64,000 bases of DNA from the human T2T-CHM13v2.0 reference genome, Homo sapiens. Positions 47,668 to 64,000 of this stretch are shown here, piece by piece. Location of the stretch: assembly GCF_009914755.1 (NCBI RefSeq), contig NC_060940.1; one strand, given 5' to 3'. The position numbers and the translations under genes were made by a program. The notes under the pieces were generated by a model, which worked only from the letters and a program-made list of their open reading frames with translations, made no database searches and was not told the DNA's origin. Every line of letters starts with the position of its first letter. Within the stretch, counting starts at the first letter, position 1.

Positions 47668-47832
47668 TCACTTATCAATCCTATGAAATGTAGAAAATGA
47701 AAATGGGGGTGGATGGAGGAGAGCATGGCCATCAGCCAAATTAAAAAGTAAGTCTGAAAATACTGTTGCCAAGCTTAAAGATGACTATTCCATGCTGATA
47801 TGGAAGTCTATATGCAAGAAAATCGTCACTGA

Positions 47833-47846
47833 GTCTCCATAGCAAC
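47833..47846. promoter_or_regulatory. RFX X-box-like motif
   Basis: GTCTCCATAGCAAC in unique sequence between two Alus. Confidence 0.35.
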
Positions 47847-47938
47847 ATATGTGGCTCCACCACAACACACTGGGATTAGTTATTAGTTTAGTCATTCAAT
47901 CTGGATATACTGGACAAAGAGCTATAAAGCTCAAAGTG

Positions 47939-48228
47939 GGCCACGTACAGTGGCTCATGCCTGTAATCCCAACAATTTGGGAGGACAAGGCAGGAGGATA
48001 GCTTGAGGCCAAGAGTTCAAGACTAGCCTGGGTAACACAGTGAGACACTGTCTCTACCAAAAATTTTAAAACTTAGCCAGGCATGGTGGTGTGCACCTGT
48101 AGTCCTAGCTACTTGGGAGACTGACGCAGGAGGATCAGTTGAGGCTGCAGTGACCCATAATCGCACCACTGCACTCCAGCCTGGGCAACAGAGTGAGACC
48201 CTGTCTCAACAATAACAACAACAACAAA
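47939..48228 (+). mobile_element. AluJ
   Basis: Dimer; TSD aaagctcaaagt. Confidence 0.9.
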
Positions 48229-48502
48229 GCTCAAAGTAAAGCAGAAGCTATAATTTGAATAAGTCAGACTACTTCCTGATTTATTCAAATTAGATTGACA
48301 GTAACTTAGGTTATCTGGGACTCCTCTTCCTCCCCACCAAAAAAAGAGCTTTCCACATTGTCTGAATTCACCAGACACACATCCACCCATTCCTTTACTT
48401 CATCTGGCATGGATTTAACCAATGAATAAAAGGGTTGTGGGTCTTGAGAGATCCAGATGTTCATGTGCTTTGCAACTGGATATAACAATATTAAATAATG
48501 TC

Positions 48503-48868
<366 letters not shown>

Positions 48869-49004
48869 TCAAGATACTGGTAATATTCTGTATCTCAGTT
48901 GGGAGGCCAATGCATTGTATTTATTTTATTGTTCTTATACACATGTATAATGGTATATTAAAATTACATAATTAAAATGAAAAAAAGAAAACAAGAAAGA
49001 AGGT

Positions 49005-49362
<358 letters not shown>

Positions 49363-52328
49363 TAGTATTGCCAGTCTACCTCTCATGCCCATCTTAACTG
49401 TTCAAGATCTATTTCAAATGACACCCCGGTGAGGCCTTCCCTGACATGTCCTCTTCCCACAGAGGAGCCCACTGTTCCCATCTATGTGGCCACAGCTCCT
49501 GATCACCGTCTCATGGGATGCACATTGTACGTGTCCCTCTTTCCGAGGGAAAGGGACATTATCTTGGTGTTCTTTATATTTGAAACACCTACACAACGGT
49601 GTCTTGCATATAATAGATGCTCAGTACAGCTTATTTCTTAAGATATTTACTGAAATTATAAAATAACATAGAATAATCATTAATGTTACAACTGAATCTG
49701 GTTTTCAACCTCAAATAGATTAATGCTATCCAGGTGCTTCCAACATCGCCAATATATTTGAAATGCTGCCTATCAGCATCTTAGCTAGTTTTCTTTCCTT
49801 GCCAGTGAATAACTGCCACAACTGTAGATATGAGCTCATTTGAAGGAATGAAAAGAGCTCTCCCTAAGATCATTTAATAGACCTATGCATAATTATCAAT
49901 TTCCTCTTGAAGCTAACATTTGCTAAAAGAAAACGAAAGATTCTATTAATGATCAAAATACTTGACTTTCTGGACCTATTCCATTTAATGGGGAACTCAG
50001 TTCTCCAGTCTTGGGTTACTGCCAGGTGCTCTTTTACCGGGAATTATTCTAAACTTCTAATCACAGTTCAACAACCATCTGCCAAATCATATACAGGTAT
50101 TGATATTTGCCACTCTACAGTTAAATTACATCAAATGTCAATGCAATCAACTCATTAGTGGGCTCCTATCGAGCTTCAGTGCTCACCACCCACTTCTGCA
50201 CCTCTTTGATTAAACAGTGTATAGACCATAGTCCCTGTCCATCTAATCAGCTGATCAGCTCAGTCATACTGCTAATATAAAATCAAATGAGCGGGAGAAG
50301 GAAGCGGTAAAAGACCCTGTGAGCACCTTGGTCCCCTCGTAGGCCGAATATCAATATACTATAGTCTAGCAAGAAAAGCAAATGAAATTACAAAATTGCT
50401 TAGAGAATCATTTTAACAGAAAGTCACAAGCGGTCATTTAAAAAGCAATGTAATTGTCCCGAGATCACATTTTGCTAGCATTCTTCCACCTTCTCTGCTA
50501 CCCGAGATTTTAAATCTCTCTTGCTGATGTAAAAACCATAAGCAAACCCAAAGTGTGACTGACATGTGCAGATTCTGAATGCTGGAGGTCAGCACAGCTT
50601 ACTGGTAAGCTGCCCACTGCTCCAAATTTTATATCTCCTCTGTCCCTCAGTTATTGCATGACATGATTTAACAACTGTAATTCCTTATTTAACGATGTCA
50701 AAGGTTTTTAGGAAATTGACTGTATTTCACCAACGATATATTTCTTCTTGATTACGGAGTGGTTAAAATGATTTTAAACCAAGACAGCAAAATAAAGCAG
50801 TAATAAAATCAATAAAAGGTGCTTAAAACATTCCTTCTATTAGGTAATGGCATTTAAAATATCCGTAGCTTGTAATGGCACTTAGGATATGCCCAAAAAT
50901 CAATGAGCTAAATTACTTATTGAACTAGTTAATTTGAACATTGAGTTTTTTATGTATATTGATAAAATGGGCTTACAGAATACTGGCAAGCAGCAATACT
51001 GTGTCCATGGTCAGATGTCTCCCTCTGCTGGAATAAAAAAAAAATTAAACCATTTCTTCCAGTTATGGAACAAAAAGATAAAAAAATTACAAGCTGTAAA
51101 CTCAAAAAGTCCACAAAAGACTTCTTAATCTTAAAAATCTCCGGAAATTCATGACAATAATATGAAATCATTAAGGGTTAAAAACACACACACAGTTTCT
51201 GAAAACTTTGTCAATAAGCTGGAATGTGGTATTTATACCCAGTATCAAATAGCAGATGAGAACCAGCATTTAATTATTTCAAAACTCTTTTCCTAATTTT
51301 CTAAACATTATCCTAGGGGTTTTGGGGGATATATTATTAGAAATAAGATTCTAAAAGCCTTGAGTCCTCTCTTTGATGTCAGAAGAAAGGGGGTTTGAAT
51401 TTTAAAGGAGAAAGTATAAATCTATGCTCAAGGAAAAGTCTACTTTCTTAGATGTTTAATTTGATCAAAATCAAGTTGGAACTATCTCTGTAAATGAAGG
51501 TTTTTGAGAACTCAATGTATGAATCCACGAAACAGCTTCACACGCCTCTCCCTGCGTGGGGTGGTATAAGAGTTTCCAACACTATTGTTACCTTTTTTTT
51601 TTTTTTCAAACATCTACTATTTAAAATGCTAAGTACTTTGCTGAAAAGACTCTTCACCGCTTTTCAATTTCTCCCCCTGCCAGTTGAGCCCTAAGCAGGT
51701 GTTAGAGTTCTGAAGAGCTCGCCTCGGGACTTTTAACTCTTAACTACAAAAGGGAGCTTCAGAAATTATGATAAAAGGTGTTAAGAGAGAAATGAGGGTG
51801 AAGAGGTATCTGACACACACCTGAAATTGTACATAGTACCTTTCGAAAAAATTACAGCTACCCAGAACAAACCAGTTTGGTTGTAAATGGTTTCATCAAC
51901 AGTAACCCATATATTTTTGCAGTCATATTTCCACTCATTTCATTTATATTCAAAACAATGAGCACATGTAAAGTTACATGCTCTGACAGGAGAATTTTTT
52001 AATCAAAGAACTTTGCTCATTCTATATGAGTTTGGCTTTGTTTTGGGTTGTCTTGTCTTTATGTGGGATGAAGTAGGAAACTACACAGAATAATGGGGTT
52101 TTTTTTGTGTACTGAAACATCATTGGCCAAGACATTATGGATATACTGTGTAACATAGTGCCCAAGTTCCACAATACAGTTGACCAATGTCTGACTTTTG
52201 CTAGGTGCGAATGCTAAAAAGATGACTAAGCTGTGGTTCTGGACTTCACACATACCCCAGTACAGAAGAGATACACATCAAATGAACCATTACAATCAAA
52301 CATGATGAGTACTGTAATAGAAATATGT

Positions 52329-52441
52329 ACACCTGTAATCCCAGCCACTCAGAAGGCTGAGGCAGGAGGACTATTTGAGCCCAGGAGTTCAAGACCAGCC
52401 TGGGCAACATAGCAAGACACCATCTCAAATTTTTTTAATAA
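52329..52441 (+). mobile_element. FLAM / Alu monomer inside an L2 remnant
   Basis: Single arm; degenerate TSD agaaatatgtac/agaaagatgcac. Confidence 0.8.
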
Positions 52442-52804
52442 AGAAAGATGCACGAAGTGTTGTGAGGACCCAGAGCACAGAAGAACCAACTCTGCCTGCA
52501 GAAGGCAAGGAGAAAGCTTCCACAGAAAATATAACCTTCTGAATGAGTCCTTGAGAAAGACATAAGAATGCTCCTGGTGTATAAGGAGTTCCAACTAAAC
52601 TAGCACAGAGCAAAGCAAATTGTTGGAAATAGCTGAATTCATTGGGATTTCAGGTGGGTCTGGCAGCAGGTGAGACCAGTAGGAAATAAGTTTCATAAAG
52701 GTTGGTTGAGGTCAAGTTGGGAAGTCTTGGATACCTTCTTAAAGTTCAGATTTTATCCTGTGGCACTGGAAAGGTTTTGAAGGATTTTAAGGAATTAATA
52801 TCAG

Positions 52805-53412
52805 TGTCATCCGAAAGATCACCAGGATGGCCAAATAGTAGAAAGGAGAGCTTTATTGGCAATATCAGTTTGCAAACCGGGAAAGGATGGACAGTCTCCA
52901 GCATGTGCCAAAGGTGCTCTCTCTTCAAAGAGGGGAAGAAGAAGTTGGGTTTTATGCCCTACAGGGCCTGCATCACACAATAGAGTCATACATATTCAGC
53001 AGGTTTGGGGAAAGCTATACATATTTATGAGGGGAGCTGAGTGCATGCACAATGGGCAAACATATATGTAACATACATCCTATCTTCACCTTGGGGAGAG
53101 GTTTTAGCATTAAAATGAGGTGGAATTTAGCTATTCACATCAAAAAGTGAACTACAGGACACAAAGGTGCGTAGCCTCCTCTATAAGCCGGCTGAAACTG
53201 GCTTAAGGCCTGAAATTGCTTATCAGAAAAGCATGTTTGTAAGGCCAGTCTTCTGTCCAGAGTTGTAGGGGTCTGGGTTGTAAATCAGACTTAGGAGGGG
53301 TCTCATAGCTCCTATTGTTAGGGAGTTTAGCAAGTGTGGTTTTCTTGTAACCATAAGAATTCAGAAATTTGCCATGCCAGCTGGGACCTGAGCACTCAAC
53401 CCATAGGTTTTG

Positions 53413-53443
<31 letters not shown>

Positions 53444-53796
53444 GAGACAGGGTCTCACTCAGTTGCCCAAGGTGGAGTGCACAGGCGCAATCACAGCTCA
53501 CTGCAGCCTCAACATCTTAGGCTCAGGTGATCCTCCCACCTCAGCCTCCCAAGTAGCTGGGACTACAGGTGCATGCCATCAGGACTGGCGAATTTTGGTA
53601 TTTTTTGTAGACAGGGTTTCACCATGTTGCCCAGGCTGCCCTCAAAATCCTGGGCTCAAGCAATCTGCCTTGGCCTCCCATAGTGCTGAGATTACGGAAG
53701 TGAGCCACTATGCCCGGCAGGTAACTTTTTGTTTCCTTAACCTTAGGGTCGACCTTAGTTGATAAAGGGACGTCTATTTTGATCTCTCAGATCACA
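52805..53796 (-). mobile_element. MER39-like ERV1 solo LTR with nested Alu
   Basis: Reverse complement starts TGTGATCTGAGAGATCAAAATAGACGTCCCTTTATCAACTAAG; 4-bp TSD tcag on both sides. Confidence 0.82.
53408..53718 (-). mobile_element. AluJ with (TTTTG)n tail
   Basis: Reverse dimer. Confidence 0.9.
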
Positions 53797-54205
53797 TCAG
53801 CATTACACTTTGTGGGAGGAAAGAACACCAGCGATGTGGAAGATGGCTTGAAGATTCTGGCTGGAAGCAGCCAAGAGATACCTGCAATAATCTTGCTGGG
53901 AGCCAATAGAAGGCACAGCAGAGGACTATTGAGATAAGGAACAAACTGCAGACATTTAGAGAACACAACTTCAACCAGATCAAGTACATGTGCCTGTGCC
54001 CTGATATGGAAGGGACATACAAAACTGAAACCAGTGGCCACATTTGAGATAGGATTATGGCTGATTTTCTTTTCTTCCAACAACTGTTATTGAATATTGT
54101 CGCTTCAGCTTTTTAAATTAAAAAGAAATGCTTCTTTGATTTCATGTCTTGAAGAAAACAAGAAAAGGAGAAAACACTTCTGTCTTTAGAAAGATAAAGA
54201 GCTTC

Positions 54206-54512
54206 GGTGGGGTGCAGTGGCTCACACCTGTAATTCCAGCACTTTAGGAGGCCGAGGCGGGCAGATTGCTTGAGCTCAGGAGTTCAAGACCAGCCTGGGC
54301 AACATGATGAAATCCCATCTCTACCAAAAATACAAAAAATTAGCTGGGCATGGTAGCACACGCCTGTAGTCCCAGCTACTCGGGAGGCTGGAAGATGAGA
54401 GGATCACTTGACCCCAGGAGGCAGAGGTAGCTGTGAACTGAGATTTCACCACTGTACTCATGCCTGGGTTACAGAGTGCAACCCCATCTCAAAAAAAAAA
54501 AAAAAAAAAAAA
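54206..54512 (+). mobile_element. Alu (tandem pair, first)
   Basis: Dimer; flanked by aaagagcttc/aacgagcttc. Confidence 0.9.
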
Positions 54513-54523
54513 CAACGAGCTTC

Positions 54524-55079
<556 letters not shown>

Positions 55080-55209
55080 TTACATGCACATGCATGGGGG
55101 TCCCACAGAGTATGAGACTTGGAGAACATCTAAAACCACCTGGCAGCCTCTCCCTGCCTGCTGCACAAATAAAGACCATGGCATTGCAGTAAAGAAAGAG
55201 TTTAACTGA

Positions 55210-55700
<491 letters not shown>

Positions 55701-55771
55701 AGATGCTGTCCTCTAGAGCTGAGCTGCTCCTGTGTGGGGCCACAGGAGCGGTTTGGCAGTCCAGGTGGAGC

Positions 55772-56291
55772 TGTCAGAGGTGTTTGAACCAGAGCGACTC
55801 CACTTTGAGTGAGAGCTGGAAAATGAGGCTGAGACTTGCTGGGCTGCATTCCCAGAAAGTTAGGTATTCCTAACGTCTAGATGTTTATGGTTAAGGGAAT
55901 GAATTAATAATGTTTACCCAACAGACCCAGACTTAGGAGTGTCCAGATATCCCGATATCTGGAGAACAAGGGCATTCCTAATTTTGCTTTAAAGATAATA
56001 ATATTGATTCTTGCAAAATACAGTAATTAAGAAAATTAATCCTTTATCACAAACCCTTGTAGCAGAGCACATCTCCCCATATATATGAGTATTGTACCTA
56101 GGGGTGGATGCGTTCCTTCTCTTACTTTCAGGAACGTCCTACTCTGTCTATGGAGTAGCTGTTCTTTCTCTACTTTACTTTCTTAATAAACTTGCTTTTA
56201 CTTTGCACTGCAGACTCACCCTGAATTCTTTCTTGCATGAGATCCAAGAACCCTCTCTTGGGGTCTGGATTGGGATCCCTTTCCTGTAACA
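55772..56291 (+). mobile_element. ERV1 solo LTR (LTR15-like, MER41-related ends), inner layer
   Basis: tgtcagaggtgtttgaaccagagcgactcc...ttcctgtaaca; 4-bp TSD gagc; AATAAA near 56185. Confidence 0.82.
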
Positions 56292-56651
56292 GAGCCATTA
56301 GGTCCAGTTGGAGCCACGGGTATCAGACATGCAAAAAAAACCTGAAAAGATATCTCAAAAAGCCAGTCGACCACAGTGATGTTATCTGCCGGCATAATTG
56401 GGGAAGTTGCATATCTTGTGACCAGTCTACACCTTAGCAGAATTCAGACTCCTCTCCTCCCGCTAGCCTGGTAGTCTCTATTAGCAGTGGTTGAGTTTTA
56501 GGGAAGGGCTACTATCATTTAAACTACAACCTAAACATCTTCCAAAGTTAGCTCAGCCTAAACCAAGGAATAATTAAGGCAGGCTGAAAGCTAATGGCAA
56601 GAGGCGGGGGCACTGGCCAGATCAGATCTCCTCACTGCCATAATTTTCTCA

Positions 56652-57173
<522 letters not shown>

Positions 57174-58002
57174 TTAGTACTGACCTTTTTAGTCTCCTTT
57201 CCTGTGAGTTAGTCTTTGCTGTTTGATGAGATTATAGGCAGAGGGCTCATGACAATTACATTCCTCCTGGAGGAACTTTCCCTTAGTCAGATAAGGAAAC
57301 TCCAGAGAAAGCCACTCCCACAGCTTAGAGAGGGAAAGAAGGACAAGAGACTGGGGGTGGGAGAAGGTCAGAGAGACCTTGGCTCTCCTTTAGTTCAAAG
57401 CACTCAGCAGGCCAAAAGCATCATACTTTTTCTGATCCCCAACAGCCACAAAAACAAAAGTAGCCTCAAGACATCTTAAAATATTCAAGAGACTAAACTA
57501 GTTGTTTGCTTATTTATGTTAATTTAATGAATTCTTTTTATTAAAGCAGAAAGCATGCATAATCAAAGAAGAGGAAAATTCAAAATAAAGGTCTTATGAG
57601 GCTCAAACCAAAGTAACTCCCAAGGCTGAGTCTGACCTCCTGGGTTTTCTTTTTATCGTCAACAGTTATAAGTGTTCCTGTACCAATCTTAAAGTGTCGT
57701 GTTTTAATCTCAGCAGCCTCTAACACAGATTCTGAAAGAAAATTAACTCTTCAGATGGGAGGTTTCCTGCAGTCTACACACCACGGTCTCTCTGGGTTTC
57801 ATCCAAGATAGGTGAACTGTGCTCCAATGTGACGGCCTCACAGGCTCTCAAAGCACAATGGAAAGTGATTTTCTAACATATTTGTACCATGCAAAGGTTC
57901 CTGTGGAGAGTTCCATTTCCTGGATATGAACTAGAAATTGCTGTAATTTTTTCAGTTCTTTTTAATTTGCAGCTAAATGAAATATGACAACAAGAGGAAT
58001 AA

Positions 58003-58550
<548 letters not shown>

Positions 58551-58612
58551 TGAATTTCAACTCTTATTCTACTGGGTTACATAAATACAAATACCAGGAA
58601 ATAAAAGTATGA

Positions 58613-58745
58613 TTTTTTTTTTTCTTAATAGAGATGAAGTCTCACTATGTTGCCCAGGCTGGTCTTGAACTCCTGCGCTCAAGCAATTCTTCCAGCTAGG
58701 CCTCCCAAAGCACTAGGATTACAGGCATGGCCCGCCATGCCCAGA
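58613..58745 (-). mobile_element. FLAM monomer
   Basis: Single reverse arm; TSD aaaagtatga. Confidence 0.88.
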
Positions 58746-58879
58746 CAAAAGTATGAAATTCTTATAACCTGTTATAAAATATAATGATGATAACCCTACA
58801 CTATAATGACAACCATGTCTAACGTCTGTTAGGTTCTTACTATGTTCCAGCAATTGTGTTAAGTTCTTCATATCACAGG

Positions 58880-60213
58880 ATAGACTTGTTTTGGCCTGCC
58901 CAGCACTCATTCCCCCTTTTGGTGACAGCACCCCCTTTGTCCTTCCCTATTTCAAGTGATCCTGGTGAGCTAATCCATGACAGTTTCCCCATTCCCAGGC
59001 TGATCGCAAACTAGGCACAGAGAACTCCATTCTCCTAGGCACAGTGGTTAGTTCAGGGATGGCCACTGAGAAATAAAAATAAAATCCTAAGCCCCTGAAC
59101 TGACTGAATGAACCTATTCTTAGCCAAGGGGACCCCAGAGAGAAACCTTAAAAATTGGGCCACTCATGATGGGACAGGAGCTCAGACACCCCTCATTAGA
59201 CCTGCTACCTTGTTAACTGCCATTAGGCTTTCTTTCCTAAGGGTTAAACAGAAACCAGCCCTTTCAAAAGACTTGCTCCATGGATTTCACTGGACTCCCC
59301 TCCTTTTTGCAGTTCCAACACAATTAACCCACATTCCTTCCTGATAAGAGGCCACCAACTGTGCACTGTTTCTGGCTGGACACAGGATGGCTCTGGGTCC
59401 TCCATTTCACCTTTTGACACAGAGAGCCTAATTTTAATTCATTTAAATGCTAACTCTCAGTTGGGCATAGTGGCTCATGCCTGTAACTGCAGCACTTTGG
59501 GAAGCTGAGGCAGGAGCAGTGCTTGAGCCCAGAAGTTCAAGACCAGCCTGAGTAACGCAATGAGACCCCATCTCAAAAAATAAAATAAATATTAAGTCTC
59601 CACCCAAAGTGTACATGGGACATACGTAATGCATGTTTGCTTACTATGCATGCATGCATCCCCCCCTTCGTGAATATTCATAGCTCCTGCTAGAACCTGT
59701 TGAATATGGATATTTAACCAACCAATTCAGCATAAATTCATTCCACCCTTCCCTCCCTCAAAGTGCCTGCTTTTGGTTTCTGCCAGAGGCTACGTTTCCC
59801 AGCCTGCAAGATAGCCAGCTACAGGCTGCAACCCTTTATAAGAAATAAAGTTCTCCTTTCCAAATTTATAGATCTTGTGATTTTTAAGTTGACAACCTGG
59901 GTCCTGCAAAGCCAATCAAGTTTCCTAAATAAGGATTTAGAATTCAAGGTATACTTTCCTTTAAAGATGTAAACCTGGGACTCTCTAGCCATCTGTTTCC
60001 CAGTCACTGGCAGGAAACTGGTCTGAAAATGGAGCCAAAACACCAAAGGATGCTGAAAGGTGGAACATCATTTGAAATGAAACATCATTTGAAATCCCTG
60101 GAACCATCAGGGCCCTTTGAATTGCTTGTAATATGAGATAATAAATTTCCCTTTTTGCTTCAGCTGGTTGAAGTAGGATTCCACCTCTAGCAATCAAGAG
60201 TGATCTAGAATAC
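58880..60213 (+). mobile_element. Old MLT1 (K/L-like) LTR split by an ERV1 LTR
   Basis: cattctcctaggcacagtggttagttcagggatgg...ctctagcaatcaagagtgatctagaataca. Confidence 0.5.
59067..59894 (+). mobile_element. ERV1 solo LTR (MER39B/MER34-family-like) with a nested Alu monomer at 59459-59590
   Basis: tgagaaataaaaataaaatcctaagcccc...aataaa...taagttgaca. Confidence 0.7.
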
Positions 60214-60578
60214 AGGTATATTAGTACACTTACCCTTTGTATTATTGTCTCATTTTATAGATGAGGAAACTAAGGATGTTAAAATGTACAAGTCTGTCTG
60301 CTTGTAGAGACTGCACTATGCTCTACTGCTCTGCTAATAGGATAACCTATTCTTCAGTGATTTCCACTAAAAAACAATAATGGTAATAATAAACTACAGA
60401 AAAAACTGAAAAACACAGAACAGCAAAAAAGTGAAATATACTCTACTCACTGTCACTACTCAAAGACAACAACTGTTAACAATTTGGTGTATTTCCTTCC
60501 AGGTTTTTTTCTGAAGCATTACTCTAGTAATACATCATATTAATAGTTGAGTATTCACAGAGTACTTTTTAAAAACTC

Positions 60579-61288
60579 TATATTAGGCCATTCCTGTCTT
60601 GCTATAAAGAAATACCTGAGACTAGGTAATTTATATGAAAAGAGGTTTAATTGGCTCACAGTTCTGCAGGCTGTACAGAAGGCATGGTGCCAGCATCTGA
60701 TCTGGGGAGGCTTCAGAAAGCTTTTACTCACAGCCGAAGGCAAAGCAGGAGTAGGCACTCCTATGGCGAAAGCAACAGCAAGAGAGAGAGTAGGGCCAGG
60801 AAGGTGCAACACACTTTTAAATGACCAGATCTCACGAGAACTCACTCACTATCACAAAGACTGCACAAAGCCATGAGGAATCCATCCCCATTTATAAAGA
60901 AATGAGACTTAATTGGCTCATGGTTTTGCAGGCTGTACAGGAAGCATGATGGTGGCAACTGCTTGACTTCTTGGGAGGCCTCAGGAAACTTACAATCATG
61001 GCAGAAGGCAAAGGGAGAGCTGGGACCTCACGTGGCCAGGAGCAAGAGGAAGAGAGAGACTGGGGGGGTGCTACACACTTCTAAACAACTGGATCCCATG
61101 AGAACTCTATCATGAGAATGGCACCCAGGGGGGAAATCTGCCCGCATGACCCAATCACCTCCCAACAGGCCCCCCTTCCAACACTGAGAACTACAATATG
61201 ACATGAGAACTGGGCGGGGATACAGAGCCAAACCATATCATTATTCAACATGAGATTTGGGTGGGGCCAAATATCCAAACTATATCAA
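60579..61288 (-). mobile_element. Two interleaved MST (MSTA/B-like) LTRs
   Basis: ttaattggctca...gcaggctgtacag occurs twice; two LTR starts (aaccatatca at 61240, aactatatca at 61288). Confidence 0.8.
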
Positions 61289-61520
61289 ACTAGTACTTCA
61301 TATTTCTTACATGTATTAGGATTCCCATATCACTGTACTATATGTAGCAAAACATAAGCCCCACCTTTAAGGAGGTTAAACTGAAGAAGACAAATTGAGG
61401 GCCACGTGTTCAGTCATTGAGGCTTGCTCAGAAGTACGAAAAAATTTAAAACATTCAGAACCAACTGAAAGGTCAGCACCGTGTACACAAGACCTCTTAG
61501 CAATACAAATGTTCACTTAC

Positions 61521-61528
61521 CTACATTC
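61521..61528 (-). other. Candidate 8-nt microexon
   Basis: tttgattctttccag|GAATGTAG|gtaagt with CTAAT branch-like motif about 35 nt upstream. Confidence 0.3.
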
Positions 61529-61594
61529 CTGGAAAGAATCAAATTATAATAATCATAAAATTATTAGAAGTTTTTAAAAACATGGCTTTGAGAA

Positions 61595-61800
61595 TTTCGT
61601 TCATTCAACAAGTATTTATGACTGAGACTTATTATGTGCCTAGCACTGGCCTGCCTTGAGATACGAAATGATTGCACAAAATCCCCGCCCTCCAGGATCC
61701 CTCATTGTACCATGGGAGCCTGAGAACAAACAGGGACTGGATAACACAGTAAGTGGGGAGGTCCTGTAGGCAGAAGCCTATCCAGATTGGAATTCAGGAA
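61595..61800 (-). mobile_element. L2 3' end
   Basis: ttcattcaacaagtatttat...ttattatgtgcctagcact. Confidence 0.65.
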
Positions 61801-61827
61801 TGAGTTTTAGGCTTAAGATATTTTAAT

Positions 61828-62092
61828 AGAGGCCAAGGTAGGAGAGTCGCTTGAGCCCAGGAGTTCAAGACCAGCCTGGGCAACATAGTGAGACTCCATC
61901 TCTACAAAAAAATAAAAAATAAAAAAATTAGCCAGGAATGGTGGCACATGCTTGTAGTCCCAGCTACTCGGGAGGCTGAAGTGAGAGGATTGCTTGGGCC
62001 CAGGAGTTTAAGGCTGCAGTGAGCTATGATCACACCACTGCACACCAGCCTGGGTCAAACAGCACGACCCTGTATCAAAAAAAACAACAAAA
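61828..62092 (+). mobile_element. AluJ, 5' truncated
   Basis: J-type body and A tail. Confidence 0.88.
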
Positions 62093-62209
62093 AGATAATG
62101 AACTGACTATTATCATCATCCAGATTAGGCACAACCACAGAAAATGCATAAAAGGTTCTTAGCAACTCAGGGTGTCTTGCCTAAGTTTCCTACAGAAATT
62201 AGAGTTCTC

Positions 62210-62896
<687 letters not shown>

Positions 62897-63195
62897 TCAC
62901 AGTACCTACCGACATAGGACACAAACTTAACTCAGTTAACCTGACGTTCAAATGGGCAGGGAATGAATATGCTCCCTTATTTTTGTCCACAGCTAACCTT
63001 CCTTCACAAGCCACCACATGCTGATTACATAGGAAAAAATAACTTTTAAAAAATTAGGCAGGAGGATTGCCTGAGGCTGGAGTTTGAGACCAGACTGGGC
63101 AACACAGCAAGACCACCATCTCTACAAAAACAAAATTAAATTAAATATTCAAATTGGTTTAAAGCAAGCAATCTCTTTAGAAATGTTTCCATCTC

Positions 63196-63671
<476 letters not shown>

Positions 63672-64000
63672 GAGAAGTTTCCATCTCTTAGTGGCATCCT
63701 CCTTTCCCTCTCTTTTCTCCCTAAGGAGTACAGGCACATGGGGAGAGAGGGATGGGGTTTACGTGACTCAGTGGCCATGAAGGAAACAGGCCTATCCCCA
63801 CACTGGTCCTTGGGCATGCCATGGCCAATGTCTGATGGTCTCTGATGCAATGTCTCCTATGGCCTGGTCACTGGGGGCCTTGTTGGCCTCCAAAGTCTGT
63901 TCATGGCTGGTGCACTTGGGACCCTTTCCTGGGCTAGGCTGTTCCAGGGGTGCTCTCAGGACAACCGGTCCCACCTCAGTGCCTCTGAGGTATACCTGTG

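Overview
Human genomic DNA (a human-specific AluYb-lineage element lies at 31315-31630) that reads as a large intron or intergenic interval. I find no supportable protein-coding gene, tRNA, rRNA or recognisable snoRNA/miRNA. The supplied ORFs are Alu- or repeat-derived or chance frames. About 50 Alus are present, roughly four in five on the + strand, along with ERV1, ERVL and MaLR solo LTRs (several nested), L1/HAL1/L2/MIR remnants, DNA transposons (Tigger4, MER30, MER91) and microsatellites. The Alu skew weakly suggests an unidentified host gene on the - strand. The best leads are: (i) a frame-preserving 48-nt minus-strand cassette-exon candidate with a downstream TGCATG and a stem that could cover its 3' splice site; (ii) an 8-nt microexon candidate; (iii) three or four sites where two Alus used the same nick and left triple target-site duplications; (iv) a young AluYb inserted at the loop of a DNA hairpin; (v) a nested LTR stack; (vi) a CpG-retaining, motif-dense enhancer candidate. 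Repeat names come from recalled consensus sequences and need RepeatMasker/Dfam confirmation. No clearly new biological system can be demonstrated from sequence alone.
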